Part shown: in pieces, positions 12,840-26,554 of the stretch | How positions within the stretch are numbered: the first letter of the stretch is position 1 | How the letters are laid out: every line of letters begins with the position of its first letter | From: Harriotta raleighana | Lineage: Eukaryota | Assembly: GCA_050575255.1 (NCBI GenBank) | Contig: JBNZDD010013480.1 | Span: forward strand, 285,516 to 349,515 | Direction: 5' to 3' | DNA length: 64,000 nt | Notes under the pieces: model-generated | Seen by the model: the letters and a program-made list of their open reading frames with translations, nothing else | What the model was told of the DNA's origin: nothing | The model's database searches: none | Made by a program: the position numbers and the translations under genes

Positions 12840-13120
12840 AGATTTTTACAGTGCCTTGTTACATTGCAATGCTTCAAAATGCTTTCACAAGCAATTACTG
12901 TAGTGATTGTTTTATAGGCAATGAGACAGCTATTGCACCAACAAAAGTCCCTCAAACAGTTATGAGATGAATGGCCAATTCATCTGGAGGATTGTTGGAC
13001 ACATAATCACAAAAGACTCCTTCGTTTTTCAAATAATGTCATGGGAATTTTAACACTGACCCCCGAACTTGCAAAGTGGATCTTAGTTCAATGTCTCATT
13101 TGAAAGATAGCAACTCTGAC
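12840..13120 (-). mobile_element. Old Deu-type SINE, degraded
   Basis: aataatgtcatgggaattttaac..tcttagttcaatgtctcatttgaaagatagcaactctgac is antisense Deu-type core. Confidence 0.6.
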
Positions 13121-13594
13121 TAGTATTTTGAGATATCCTCCCGACATCTAAATGTAAAATTGATGTTGATTTTGCAGTAGACTAATAAGAAGACATTTAT
13201 AAGAGCAAATGACAAGTTATATAGGACTTTAAGTAAGAATAAATATGCTTTGCAAATTATTATTGGTAAGAATAGAAATTAATGTTATTATTCAGGCATA
13301 TCTGTGCCAACAATATCCCACAAATAACAGGAGGTGAATATAAACCAGGATAACAGGAGACAGACCATATACCTGTATGTGCACTAAATCACATGGCAGA
13401 CAGAACTTTATATTAACAAAATTATGAAAGATTATGACGATCACCCAGCAATAATTAATGAAAATGTTTTTAAAATGGAATATTGGCATATAGGAAAACG
13501 TGGCAGCCAATCTGCAGAAGCAACCTGCTGAAAGAAACAAGTTAATTAAGAACTGAGGAAAAAGAAAAAAAAAGAAAAAAACTGAAAAAGAAAC

Positions 13595-13875
13595 AAACAA
13601 CAACAAAATTACATTTATAGAGCCTTTCACGTCGGGAGGACATCCCAAGGCACTGGAAACAAAGCAAAGAAAAGGCGAAGTCAGGGAAAAATAAAATGCC
13701 AGACAAAGGTGTGGAGCTCATGTCTCAGGCAACTGTCAGCACAAGCTCGTAATAATAATACAAATAAGAAGAATCATCCTTGCATTTGATATAGTGCATT
13801 AACATGTCTTCTAGACGTCTTAAAGCGTTTCACAGAATATACTGTAAAGTGAATTGACTGTACATTTTGTGGGTA
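13595..13875 (-). mobile_element. L2 tail (13595-13660) and SINE 3' fragment (13751-13875)
   Basis: caacaacaaaattacatttatagagcctttcacgtcgggaggacatcccaagg, then ccttgcatttgatatag..gaatatactgtaaagtgaattgactg. Confidence 0.8.
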
Positions 13876-14454
13876 AGTCCTGATAGAATTTGAGAAAAAA
13901 TGACTCGCAAATATTTAAATCCAATTGACAATTAAGCAAATAATTGTTTTCTGAAGGTGTGCAGTAATATTTTAAGGGCTGAAGGAAAAGCTTATATAAA
14001 TGTTATTTCTTTGTGCATAATAATACTCCGCTTTGTTCATTGTATCTGTATTGCTTTATTTCTCAATGAGACATGAAATGAACAATGATTTTTGATCTGA
14101 ATTTTACCAATGATCAATGAAAAATCTTTTCCCTCATACCAATCATGTATCTGTTATTCAATAATAATGATTCATTTAAAGGGTGAAGTTCTGAGTGCAA
14201 CGCGCTTTCCTAGAAAGAACTTGGATAATTGAGTGGGAATTTTCTCTGGGGAGCAAGTGGCATCCCCCCAAAAAAACTCCAACATCTTCAACTGTGCCAA
14301 AGATGTGATTTGGAAAAAGAAACTGTAACGATTGATCAGAAGGTAAGCGCTGAGTGAACCATTTAATTTCAAAAGTACTGCAGAGTAGTGCAGAGAAATC
14401 TGCGGCATTCAAAGTACAGTACCTTCACTAAGTTTCAAGGTCAAAGTCGATTTA

Positions 14455-14642
14455 TAATAATAATAATCCTTTCATTTGATATAGCACTTTTCATGTCTTC
14501 TAGTCGTCTCAAAGCACTTCAAAGAATATACTATAAAGTTAATTGACTGCATATTTTGTGGGCAAAACGCGGCAGACAATTGCGCACAGCAGTGTCCCAC
14601 AAACAGTCGTAGATTGAAATGACCCATTTTATTTATTATTTA
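14455..14642 (-). mobile_element. 5'-truncated tRNA-SINE copy
   Basis: Tail and body match the dominant family; the head is absent. Confidence 0.88.
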
Positions 14643-15049
14643 TGAATGGACTGCGCTCATCTCTTCCAAGGGCAGCAGGGGAGGACTAGATCATTTCTGT
14701 GATGTTCTGTAGTGTTGACGCAGCTAAGAGCAGGATTGGCGAAATACAGAACAAGAGTCTCTTTAACAAAATACAAATTGAATACATTTCAGTCTTTTTA
14801 ATATCGATGTGGGATGACGAAATAGAGCTTTTATTAAAAAAAACTGTCATTATAATGCAGCTATTGTACTAATGACTTCTAAGTATTTGACCTTGACTGG
14901 CACTGCTCTAGCATTTAATTTCAATGTGGATGCATTGTGAATGAATATAATTTCACACTTGGAATAATTGTCGATGAAACTGGAAGAATTGTTTATATAT
15001 TGATTTTATGTGTGTGTATGAGAGAGAGAATCTTGTTTTGAACCAGTTT

Positions 15050-16030
15050 TTTTATTTTCAATGCTGGACAGTCATTTAACCTTTTGCTTACCCACCGCTT
15101 ACAAAAATATCTTGGCAATTAATTGTTCTCAGCACATGACTGGCTCCAGCAATACCCTGTATGTGGTTTTAAAAAGAAAAAAAATGTTTAACATTCGAAA
15201 CCTGACTCAGCAAAGTCATCCCTGCTTCACGAGAAAGATCAGGGAAGTGAAGTGTTACTTTTCTAAACATATGAACCACGAGCGCGGAAGGCTTTCAATG
15301 AGCCATCACCTAGCCCCAATGTTACGCTCAACAAATCTGAATGCAATTAAAAATTTCATGCAAGTCAAACAGGGCCCTTCTTAGAATGGGAATTTGTCTG
15401 TTAATGCTGTTAGAGCACTACTTAGTCTACAGTTAATCAAAGTCGCTGACAGCTTTTAGCTTTAATTGCTCAATGATGCAAAAAAACAAGATTAAAATAT
15501 GTAAATCCAGTTTGCAACTAATATCATTTAAACTGCTCAGACAGAATAAGGTTTGTTAAGATTATTAGCATTCTTAACTAATGATATTAAACCCCAAACC
15601 CACTTAGCCAGTTCAAGACTGTCTCAAGGTTTAGAGAGAGAGAGGAAGAGAAACACGTTTCCTTCACTTCCTATTTATTTCAGTTTGGTTACCAGCTGGC
15701 GCGGCAAAAGGGTTGACTTAACCTTTGTGCCTTTTGATGCACTTTGTTCAGCTGCCAGACCAGTAGAGGCACAGATGTCTCCACAATTCACTTTGTATCA
15801 TTACTGTATAATGAAATTAAAGAGACACAGACACTCTGGCCAGATTGGCCGAGGCCGAGAAGCCTTTAAATGAAGTCCGATTCTCTGGAGCACAAATGCA
15901 TCATGTGTCATTACTTAGCTTTGAATTAAGACCGCATAATAAATAGCAGACTGGTAAAGGAGCAATGAATATTAATCAGTCATAAAACGGAGAGTGTGAA
16001 GAGTATGTTAGGAAAACAGGCGTAACTACT
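15050..16030. promoter_or_regulatory. Candidate conserved non-coding/enhancer block
   Basis: Repeat-free, with dense SOX-like (CCTTTGT, ACTTTGT), TCF-like (CTTTGAA), E-box (CAGCTG, CAGATG) and TAAT motifs. Conservation not verified. Confidence 0.4.
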
Positions 16031-18285
16031 GTGAAGAACTAGTCAACCGTACTGTAGTGTGATGGTGAAGTTTTGAATTGTAGATTGAAGGGGCATCCAG
16101 TCAATAATGATAAGAAATTTCAGGGTGGGATTTTACTGAGGTCTTAAATGCATGAGCTTTCAGACAGCTGTCAATGTGTCATTAGTGCCCTTCTCCTGAA
16201 TTGGGGAACTTTCTATTTACTCTTTCGGCACTAAAAGACTTATCTTAGTTTTGCCAGGCAAGTGCATTTTATCAGGGTGGGAGTGCGGGGCACATAGGCG
16301 GCAACACATGTGGTGCCTGACTGTTTTAAAAGGAGCATCCCAAAAAACATGTGCACAACTTGTGTGCAGGTAAGCAAATGTACTATAAACAACTAAATGT
16401 CCTTTTTTGTATCGGGGATAAAAAAGAAAAAGAAAAAGAAATAAGATATTGTACTTAGTTTTGGATTTTTGTTGTAACAAATATATTTATAAATAAATAA
16501 ATATATGTTTTTAAAAGTTTTTCCAGATAACCAAAGATTTCCTTAACTAAAATAATATTGCATTTGATATAGCATCTTATCACGTAATTGAAAGGGCTCA
16601 AAGTGCTAAATAACATTTTCAAATTGCTCTTTTTTTCAACCTGGCTCCACCTTTCACATCAAAGGATGTCTCAAAGCGATAAATATATAGGATATATAGT
16701 TGAGTGCCTTGTTTTCAGATGTTAAAAAAAAGTGTCTCTTCCTGTGTCCAGGCCAACTATCCCTCTGATAATAAGAAATAATCCTTGCAATAATCCTTGC
16801 AATAATCCTGATAAAATCAGTCACACAATTTATGATTATTTGTGGAATATTGCTGTGCACACATTGGTTGCCACATTTACCTAAAAGATACACTTACAGT
16901 AAATCTTGTGAATCTTCGTGAGATGTCTTCCTGATGTGAAAGATGCTATATCAAATGCAATGATTAACATTATTACTAGCATGCTGTCTGTATATCACAC
17001 TACACCTTCTGTTGCTAAACATGTTATACTGTATATGGCTATGAGAATCCACATAAACACCTTCCACATCACTGCCGACCATGACCATAAGACTCTGACA
17101 TATGACACCTCTGATGGAATATATATGATTCACTGAAAGTCACAATGATGAGCACCCTCCTCATTATAGCTTGGTCTTTCCAATAATAATTAGGATTTGA
17201 TTAAAGGATATCAGTGACTAGATCTCTGTCCTGTGTAAGAACAGGCTTCACTTTGTTTTTCATCTCACCAAACATAATTGAAATCACCATTTGAAGAATA
17301 AATCCTGCATAATTTGCTAAATGTTAAGCCACTCTCAACGAATGTGCCTTGTGGAGACATAATCAACACATAAAATAAAGTAATTAAACATAAAATATTC
17401 AAATTGAGCAGTTTAATTCTTAATGTAAGATGTATAATTTTTGTTCATTAAAAAAGATCAACTACAATCTGAATGGTTTTAGAACAGTCCACTCTGTGTT
17501 AAATCTTGCATCTTATAAACAAGGACATTGATGGTGAAATTATCGGTATTTCACATTTACCACATCAAAGTTATACAACGTCTCTGATTTCACAGAATAT
17601 TATATACAGAAGAGCAAAACCCAAATCACTTGTGAAACACCCTTCTCCCTTAGATCTGAGGTACGAAAAGTGGCTGCCACATTCACCCACAAAACGCCTA
17701 TCATTCAAATCCTGTGAAGCACTTTGAACCTCCCCAGATGAAAGATGATGCATTAAATGCAAGGATTATTGCTGTTGTTATTATCATCTGAATTCTGTCT
17801 ACAGACGGAATTTTTGGAGAAGGACAATACTTGTGTGATATACTGGAGCCTTTTTAGATCAATTGTATTTAATCAAATAAATAATTCATCTCAATTAGGA
17901 TCTTGGATTTTAATGGATGAAACACTGCTAAAAATAATAGCTCTGGACATTTTAAAGGTTGCTTTTAAATAGGTTCTGTATTGAATTTTTCAGCCTTGTT
18001 TCATTCAAATACGTAATGCAATTCCATGCATTATTCCAGGGTGTGCAGAATGTCCCCTGGAAAGGATTATGAAAGGTTCTGTCAGTTTGAAATGGTCACA
18101 CTAATTATGTGTTATCCAGGGGGAAGCTCAGTTGCTTCCAGTCACATCCTTAGGCATTATTTTGGACTGTGTCACCATGGGAATCTGGTGATGATGGTGG
18201 AAAATAAAGACAATCCTGAAGGTGAATAAAATCCTTGCTGTTTACATTATAATTGGTTGTTTGAGAAACCAATGAGACTGTAAAT

Positions 18286-18702
18286 GTCAACCTGGCTCAG
18301 TTATTAGCACTCTCACATTTAAGTAAGAAGATTATGGATTCAAGCCCCACTGTGATACTTTGAGGATACATAGTGCTGGTACTCCAGTGCAGTGCTGGGG
18401 GACAGCTGTATTGACAGAGGTGCTGTCCGTTGGGAGGGATGTTAAACCAACGTCCCATCTGCCAGTTCAGGTGAATGTTAAAGATCCTATTTGCTAACGT
18501 GGAGTTTCTCTCAATGTCCTGGCAGAATAATCCCCCAGATCAATTGAGCAACATTGCTGTGTGCAAATTTGCTGTCATGTTTGCCTACTATATACTGTGC
18601 ATAATATATACAATATTTGCACTTTACAGTAAATCCTTTGAAGCACTTTAAGATGTCCTCCCAACATGAAAGGTGCGGTATTAAACGTAAGATTATTATT
18701 AT
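18286..18702 (+). mobile_element. Near full-length old Deu-domain-type SINE
   Basis: tRNA-like head (cctggctcagtt..ggattcaagcccc), central gaggtgctgtc..gttaaacc..ccatctgcc..caggtgaatgttaaagatcc, L2-type tail ending gattattatt. Confidence 0.8.
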
Positions 18703-19680
18703 ACAGTAATCTCCTAATACCTCAACCCTACCTTAACCTGTCACTTCCATTTTACAGTCAATATCCCGGCTGCATTGATGCATTTATACATATACTTAAC
18801 TTACCACTCTGAGACACTACCCTGTATGAGGAGGCCTATGTAAATGCAAGTTGTTGTCCTTTCCTTTGGAGTGACGAGTTACCAGGAGTTTGCTGTATAT
18901 CCCTGAGGGGGATGCTATTGCTAAATCACTGCCTGGACTTTATCCAACTGTTGTGATATGTTTTTAAAAATGCAAAATACTGCAAATGCTGGCAATCTAA
19001 AACACTTCACTCACTTTCCTTGCTCCACAAATGCTGCCTTACCTGCTGAATGTTCCCGGCAATTTCTGTTTTTGTTGTGATATGTTACTGGACCATCCAT
19101 TCCTTAAGCAGTCAGAATGATATTTAATGATGTAAAACTATTGACTGAGATTATTTGCTGTGTTAAATGCCAAGGTTAAAACTTTACCATCTATTGCATC
19201 TATTCACTGTAGGTTTTGAACAAATGAATGGGCACAATTTAACTACGTACTAGTTGTGATAGAGGCTGAATGTGACAAACATCACTTGCCAGTTTATCTG
19301 AATGAAGCTTTGCAGGATGAAGATGAGGGTGGGGGGTTGGGTGGTATGATGGTTGGAATTCTGATACAAATAGTCCTTATGGATCAGGGGATCTCCACTC
19401 CCATTGGGCTTCACAGATTATACTGTAGAGTGAATTGACTGTATATTTTGTGTGTGAAAGAAATTGTAAGAAGACTACAGATACACAGAGTTAATAGAGT
19501 AATACAGCAAGGAAATTAGCTATTCAGCCCAACTATCCTGTCTCAGTATTTAAGTTCCACATGAACCACCACACCTCCTATTCCCATCATCTGAAGCCCT
19601 CTATTCCCTTCTCCCTCATGCAGACAGTTGTGAGATTTGGACTTCTTATTAAGCGATCCTGTGAACAAAACCTTCAATTA

Positions 19681-19763
19681 ATTTGCCTTGTGGTCTCTGA
19701 TTCCCCACTGATTTGCTTTGTGGTCTTTGATTCCCCACTGATTTGCTTTGTGGTCTCTTATTC
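19681..19763. repeat. 30-bp minisatellite, ~2.8 units
   Basis: atttgc(c/t)ttgtggtct(c/t)tgattccccactg repeated head-to-tail. Confidence 0.95.
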
Positions 19764-20169
19764 TTTACTGTTCAAGAGAATGAATTTGCACATCATACAA
19801 AAAGCACCTATGCCAGAAATGCTTTTGCTTCCCAGTCTCGCAATGTTACACTTATGGTGTCAGCCGAAGGAGAACCAGACAGAAATATTTTTGCAGTAAA
19901 TGTGATAGCTTTTATTTAGTGAGCTGTCAGATGACAGATTCCTTTTCTTTATCCATAAACTTTAGGGACCGTGTGGGTCCATCCATCAGTTTGAATGAAA
20001 AGCACACAGCAGGCTGATGCTTTGATTCGCTGAATAGTGCAGATGAGCAACTGCCTCTGCCATAAAAATAAGATGATGCTCTATTGTTAATTTGCAATGG
20101 ACCAGTTGCTCTCTTACACCACTCAAGAGTCCGCGTTTGGTGTAATAACCAAGGTCTCACATAATTTTG

Positions 20170-20510
20170 ATAATAATCCTTGTATTTGATATAGTGCTTT
20201 AACATCTTGCTACGATGTCTCAAATCACTTCACAGAATATATTGTAAAGTGTGTATTTTGTGGTTGAAATGTGGCAGCCAATTGCATACAATAGTGTCCC
20301 ACAAAATGTCATGGATTGAGTGAGCTGCCTCCCCTCCCCCTCAACACCCCATTTTTTTTGAAGGAATTATTACCCTCAGAAAGCGATCTGCCAATCGACT
20401 ATCAATCAGGTTCCTACTTACTGCTAGGTAAACAAATGTGTGTCAAAGAACTTTGCCTAAACTTTCGCCCTGTCCAGTCTGGGTTCCCTCGTGAGCACAG
20501 GTCTCCAACT
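20170..20510 (-). mobile_element. tRNA-SINE, long variant with extra central segment
   Basis: Family tail and body plus ggttcctacttactgctaggtaaaca, the reverse complement of the extra segment in the 37476 copy. Confidence 0.8.
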
Positions 20511-22505
20511 TTGGGTCACCCAGAGGTCAAGTGCCTCATTAACCTGTGAAATAACCCAAACTCAAATGTGCTTTTAAATATTACCACACCATCCTATAGT
20601 GTGAATACAACAATGCCTGGCTTGGGAGCAGTGGGAGAAGAAAGCCACAATATAACTCAGACAAGCAAAGCCCATAAGCCATTTATCCAGTGAATTATTT
20701 TGCAGTATTGCACCTCCGCTCTCCTCATTTAAGATAATTAATCTCTTTTCTGTGGAAATTGCTATAATAAACCATCAATATTTCACTGTTGACAGTGTGG
20801 TTTAACACTTTAGAAGCCTCAAGTTCAAAGTGGAAATAAAAAACATTAATAATATTTTTTAAAATTGTTACGTTTGGTCTAGCTAAGTTACAGTAAACCC
20901 ATGTCGGGACAATGTCCCAAAGTGCTTCACATGATTTGTTGTAAAGTGTCAAAGTGTAGAGACTGCATATTTGGTGGCAAAGGCTGCAGCAGTGTGTAAA
21001 ATACCAGGCCCCCTGACATTTGGTATTATTAGTTTGAAAGTAGAGAAGGAGGATGCTAGGCAGAGGGATTTTAGGAGGGAATTTAGAGTATTAGGGGAGC
21101 TATGGCATTTGAAATGTTAGTCCATGATAGTGGGTGGGGGGGAGTTAGTGGACATTCTGTGGGCCCATGTTTGCAGACATGAAAGTGGAGCTTGAGGAGG
21201 TTGTAAAAGCTAAATTACAATAAACTCCTGGTAACTCCTGGTGACCACTTAAGCAGCCATGCTGTCAATATTGTGGCTGCTTTGTCATGCAAAATGCTAA
21301 CGAGGGACGTGTCCCGTTCTATCCTGTGACTGGTGCGGGTGCTTAGTGAAGCTTTGGAGCTCATGCTCAGAATTGTTCCAGAGACTTCTGGTCTATTGGA
21401 AGGCTGCGGCGTGGCCTCCCACCCCACCTCCCACCCTATCCTGTGACAGAATCCTGCAATATATCTGAGTATGCATGCCAACCTCCACCGAACCCTCACA
21501 TCAATTATAGCACCTCCTATGCCCTGGGAAAATGTACAACAACAACAACAAAATTACATTTATATAGCGCCTTGGGAAGAGGTCCAAGTCCCATGTGTTC
21601 CTAATGAGGCCACACCGGTTAAATAAATAGTCGCTGATGACTTTCCCATTGGAGTGATGGATTATCAGGAATTACTGTATGTGTTAATTGAGATGTGACA
21701 ACCTTGTGCTTAAAGTTCCAGTTCCCTGGAAACTGGCCAGTAATTAATACCAGGATGTGAATAAATGATATTGGTAGCATGTCCACCAATTACCCAGGTC
21801 TTCTCTCAGTGTCAGCTCCTCGCTGTACTGACACTTATCAAATATATAATAATAATATCAATTGTTTGCAGTGCCAATGGGCTGCAGAGAAAGAAATTGC
21901 ACCAGCAACTATGAGAAAATTGCACAATTTACTTACTCTTATTGGTGTGTCAACCCAGGATTATGGGGGGCTCTGAGTGGAGCAAGAAATGTGTGCCTTC
22001 CACATGTCTGAATAAAGTGAGCCAGCAAGATCTTCGTAGCTAAAATATATCCTTTGCTTTATCATCCCAGTTGGATGTTATAAATGGTGATATACAAATA
22101 GCTGTGTCCTTTAGAGTGAATCTTTTCACAAAGCTGTTTCCTTTATCTATACGTCTGTCTGCAGGGAAACAGCAACAATAAAAACAACAATTTGTAAACA
22201 ATAATTTGTACTTGTAGAGGGCCTTTCACATAGCAGAGCACCTCAAAGTGCTTTTCAGAGATGGTGTGGAAGTCTGAGCTGCATTGGAAATAATAATATA
22301 GTAAAGTTGTAGATTTAACTTATCACTGTCATTTAAGTCATCATGCTATCAAATATGCTGGCCGCGTTTATTATGTATTTATACATATGCCCACCCTGGA
22401 TAACTTGTCACTGAGATAATTTGGGTTTACTGTTAATTTCCTCTTCTGCTGATTCCTCTTCACTTTGCATTCTCCCCTCATCCTCACCACTTTGTTGAGA
22501 AGGTC

Positions 22506-22750
22506 ATCATAGAATCTTATAGCACTGAAGGAAGGAGGCCATTTTGGACTCTGAAAGAGAAACCTAATCAGTCCCACTCCCCTGATCGTTCCCGATAGCC
22601 TTGCAATTTTTTTCTTTTCACGTATATATTCAATTCCCTTCTGAAAGTTATTATTGAATCTGCTTCCACCACCCTTTCAGGCAGTGTATTCCAGATAGTA
22701 ACATCTCACTGAGGTAAAAAAAAATCTCATCTACCCTCTTTTGCCATCAT
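22506..22750 (-). mobile_element. CR1 LINE 3' end
   Basis: catagaatcttatagcactgaagg..ggccatt..caattccctt..gaaagttattattgaatctgcttccacc, near-identical in core to 53022-53410. Confidence 0.85.
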
Positions 22751-23379
22751 GGGAACAAACCCTATGGTGGTAGTGAGCATAGGCCTATACACTACATGAC
22801 TGGACACAATGTACATGTCTATGCTGTGTCTGACTGATGCACAACAGTGCAACAGTACTGCCTTTTGTTTTAAACTTGTCTGGATTCAATTGTCTTTTCA
22901 CTTTAGAGGTCACCTGCTATGTACAATGTCACAATATAACAGTTGAACTTGCAGTGTAGATCAATGACTCAAGTGTTGAAACAAAACGATCCTCTCTGTT
23001 CTCATTGTTACTAATGGCATGCCAAAGCCCCAAAAGAAAAGTTCAGAATAATCATTAACTACCGCATTATGCATTTTGCAGAGAAAACTGCAGGGAGACA
23101 GGCAATAAATAACATGTAGGTGAATAGTATTTTTATATCCTGCCTTGAATATTGACTGCTGGATTGTAACCCTCACATTACTGAGACTAGAAGATTTGTT
23201 TTGTCAGAGAGTAAGTTAAACCCATAGATTTGAATGGAAATGAGGTATTATTAATAATAACAATTCTTGAATTTGATATCAGAATCAAATTCACATTGAT
23301 GTTAGAAGATCATCCCAAAGCACTTCACAGGATTTACTGAAAACGATACACCATGCAGTTTGTAGGAAACATAGAACAA

Positions 23380-23800
23380 CAGCAACAATTTTATACAAGT
23401 AGCAGCTTTCAAATTGGGAGATTGTCTCAAAGCACTTCACAAAGATGGAGCAGGAGCCCAAATTGGGGAAGAGTGGCGTGACAGGTAGGGAATGTTGAAG
23501 GTGGCTCAAAGAGCAGTCAAAAAGTTAGATTTTCAGAAGGGATTTGAAATCAGACAGAAAAAGAAAAAGGGGATGGGATTTTAGAATAGACTTCCAGAGG
23601 ATGGAGGACAAGTGCCTGATTCACTCACCAATGGCGAGCCAGAATGGGTGGCGAGCATGGAGCAGACCTGAGTTAGCAGAGCATTGGGAGAGATCATAGG
23701 AATATGCTCAGAGATAGGGTGATGCAAGATATGGTGAGAATGAGATGTTAAAATTGGTCAGCTGGAGAACAGGGAGCTATTGGAGCCAAGTGGAAAAATA
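23380..23800 (-). mobile_element. Old L2 3' fragment
   Basis: caacagcaac tail followed by purine-rich antisense L2 3'UTR/ORF2 remnant. Confidence 0.55.
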
Positions 23801-23874
23801 CATGAGGGCAAATCATTTAAAAAAAAAAAAAATTGTCAGCCGATTGGCAGACACATATGGAAACTGAACACTAT

Positions 23875-24085
23875 GCTTAAGAGAATCCCATCCACCCATG
23901 GTAATTCCAGAGATAAATCATTGGAATGGGATGTGGACATCTCCCTGGAGGAACATATCCTGCTTACCTAATTCTGGAAGGTATTAGACCCAGGTTGTCA
24001 AGCGCTAAGGATTGGGAACCCCATAGTGTGTGTTGGGGTACTGCTGGAATCTAAAGAACTAAAACGACATAGCTTGCCATTGATA
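23875..24085 (+). repeat. Unclassified interspersed repeat, copy 2 of 5
   Basis: ttggaatgggatgtggacatctccctggaggaacatatcctgcttacctaattctggaaggtattag..ctgctggaatcta. Confidence 0.8.
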
Positions 24086-24644
24086 TCGCTGCTTGTCCAG
24101 CTAGTATCAGCCTAAAAATAATAATGTGGTGAAAGTGCGGGGAATGAGATTTGTGAATCTCCAATGAGGAAGCTACAGCTGCATGTAGACAATGTACCAA
24201 ATGGCCTCCTTCTGTGCTAGAAACATTGTCCGGTTCTATATTGTGTGAACTGACACCCACACTATGTGATTGCCACCTAAAAACTGCATCAGCGGGTTTC
24301 AGAAATGTGGGACTGACGCTTCCTATGACTTTTACATACAAGGCCTTGAGATGACACCATTTAACATCTGGCAAATGCTTATTTGAATAATTACTTGCAT
24401 GTTAAATATGTTGGGAAGGAGGAGTGAAACTGCTGTATAAGATTAATTAGTGAACTAATCCAGGCACATCTGATAAAGCACATGGAGATGACCAACACAA
24501 GGGCTGATGGTCTCAGTGCTGACAGCTGCACTATTAAGAATATAAAGCTTCCGTACATGGCATTTTACCTAATAAAGGCACAAGGGTTCAGGGACAATGA
24601 GAAGAGCTAAACTGTTATAAAAATAACATTGTTAATCACAGCGC

Positions 24645-24912
24645 TTTAGAAAGATCTTTAACGTCCCCTGAGCAGGCAGACGGGATCTTGGTTTAATGTA
24701 TCATCTGAAAGACGGCACCTCTGACAATCCCTCACACCCCAGGGTTATGCATGTAGATTGCAGAATTGCCATAATTTACACTAAGTGAAGTAAATGAATA
24801 AAAGGATGGAAGGCATGGGAGGGAGTGTCACACTGGACTACCAGCTCAAGAACTTGAGGTTGGGCTTAAACCCACAAACTAAGATGTGCTGCTAACTGAG
24901 CCAAGATGACAC
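24645..24912 (-). mobile_element. Old Deu-type SINE 5' half
   Basis: gatctttaacgtcccctgagcaggcagacggg..ggtttaatgtatcatctgaaagacggcacctctgaca..gctaactgagccaagatgac. Confidence 0.75.
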
Positions 24913-25904
24913 CCTAATACCTTAATTAACTCATCCCTTAACCTTCACTGCTGTAAGGAATACAACTCCAGTCAATTCAAACTCCCATCATAGCTGAACC
25001 CCTTCAACCCAAGTATTAATCTAGTTAAGATTCACTATTCCAAGGCAAAATTACAACAAAAATGATCCTTCCTGGCTGTTTATGATAGAATGCTGTGTGC
25101 AATTTGAGTGCTTTATTTGCCTATAAATAGTCACTATGTTTCACAGTAAAGTCCTGTGAAGCGCTTTGAGGCATCTCGATGGGACAAGAAGACACTAAAT
25201 AAAATGAAAGGATTATCATAAGGCTAGTACAGTATATCCTTTCAAAAATCGGGTGCCCAGAACTGACCACAGTACTCTAAATGAGTTATCAACAAGGCTC
25301 TATATAAAACAACAACCACAAAATTATACTTGCATAGCTCCGTTCACATCAGGAGGTTACTGGCAAAGACTTGCACATCAAGGCACAGGAGACACAGATT
25401 TACAATCAACTATCAAAAATGTCTCTAAAATCAGTTCTGACACAATTTCTTGGGATTTCAGATTCAAGACAACATAATCTAGTGGTGAGTTCTAAAGTGA
25501 GTTTTATTGGCAATTTTATCCAGCAGGAGCATTAAGTTCATCTCCTCATAATCTAATATTTCTTAATTGATAGAGTAGTTAAATAACTTGGCTGCTCTGT
25601 CACCTGTTTCCTTGTAACCTTCTTCAGAGCCATTTACCTCCAGTTTGTCTGCAACCTGATGTGATTTCAAAGCAATTGCATTGTTTGTGCTTAGCATTTG
25701 TCAGGATCCACCAAGATCAGATCAGGGACATCCCAGGGTAATTACATTGTGCAGCCTTACATGATGAATAGCCTACTAATATGTCAAACATTTAAATACA
25801 GAATAGATACAGTATCAGAAGAGGTACGACTGAATAAATGCACCACAAGGCACAATCACTACACTTTACAGTAAGTGCTTTGATGTGCTTTGAGCTGTCA
25901 ATAA

Positions 25905-26550
25905 CATCCGCCTGGCTGCCTCTTCGTCTTCATCTCCCCCTTGCTATCGACCACATTATCCTTCTCCACCGACTCTCTTCCCTCATCCACCTTAGTGGGA
26001 TTGCGCTCGAATGATTCAAGTCCTACTCAACAACCATCCAACAATACATGTTGACAAATGTTTTTTCCTCCCGCCCACGCCTAGTCACTGCCATCACACC
26101 AGTCCTTGCCAGGCTCCATTGGTTCCCAATTACTGAACAGATCGATTTCAAGATCCTCTCACATGGTGTCAAATCCTTTTATGCCCTCACACCTCCCTAC
26201 CTATCCGAATTGCTTACCCCTCACTCCACCATCGGTATCCTCTGCTCGGCTGACTTCAGCTTCCCCTTTGTCCCTTGTCCCCTCTGCTCCACCATTGGTA
26301 ACTGTGCTTTCAGTTCACTACACCCCAAAACTCTGAAACTGGCTCCCTTAACCCCTCAACCTTGCCCTCTTCAAATCTCACTTAAAGGTCTTCATTTTGT
26401 GATAATAATATAATAATAATCCTTGCATTTTCATAAAGCACTTTTCATGACTTTTAGATGCNACCCCAAAACTCTGAAACTGGCTCCCTTAACCCCTCAA
26501 CCTTGCCCTCTTACTAGCCACTTTCAAATCTCACTTAAAGGTCTTCATTT
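25905..26550 (+). mobile_element. L2 fragment with internal deletion (3' part duplicated at a single-N junction)
   Basis: ITPVLARLHWFPITEQIDFKIL..ALTPPYLSELL in the ORF track. Confidence 0.85.
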
Positions 26551-26554
26551 TGTG

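Noticed and set aside
16258-16369. Plus-strand candidate exon ending CAG|gtaagc with one open frame
   Set aside because: The peptide resembles nothing I recognise, the acceptor is weak, and the surroundings look like a decayed repeat.
19681-19763. CRISPR-like 30-bp repeats
   Set aside because: Units are contiguous with no spacers, there are no cas genes, and the context is vertebrate. It is a minisatellite.
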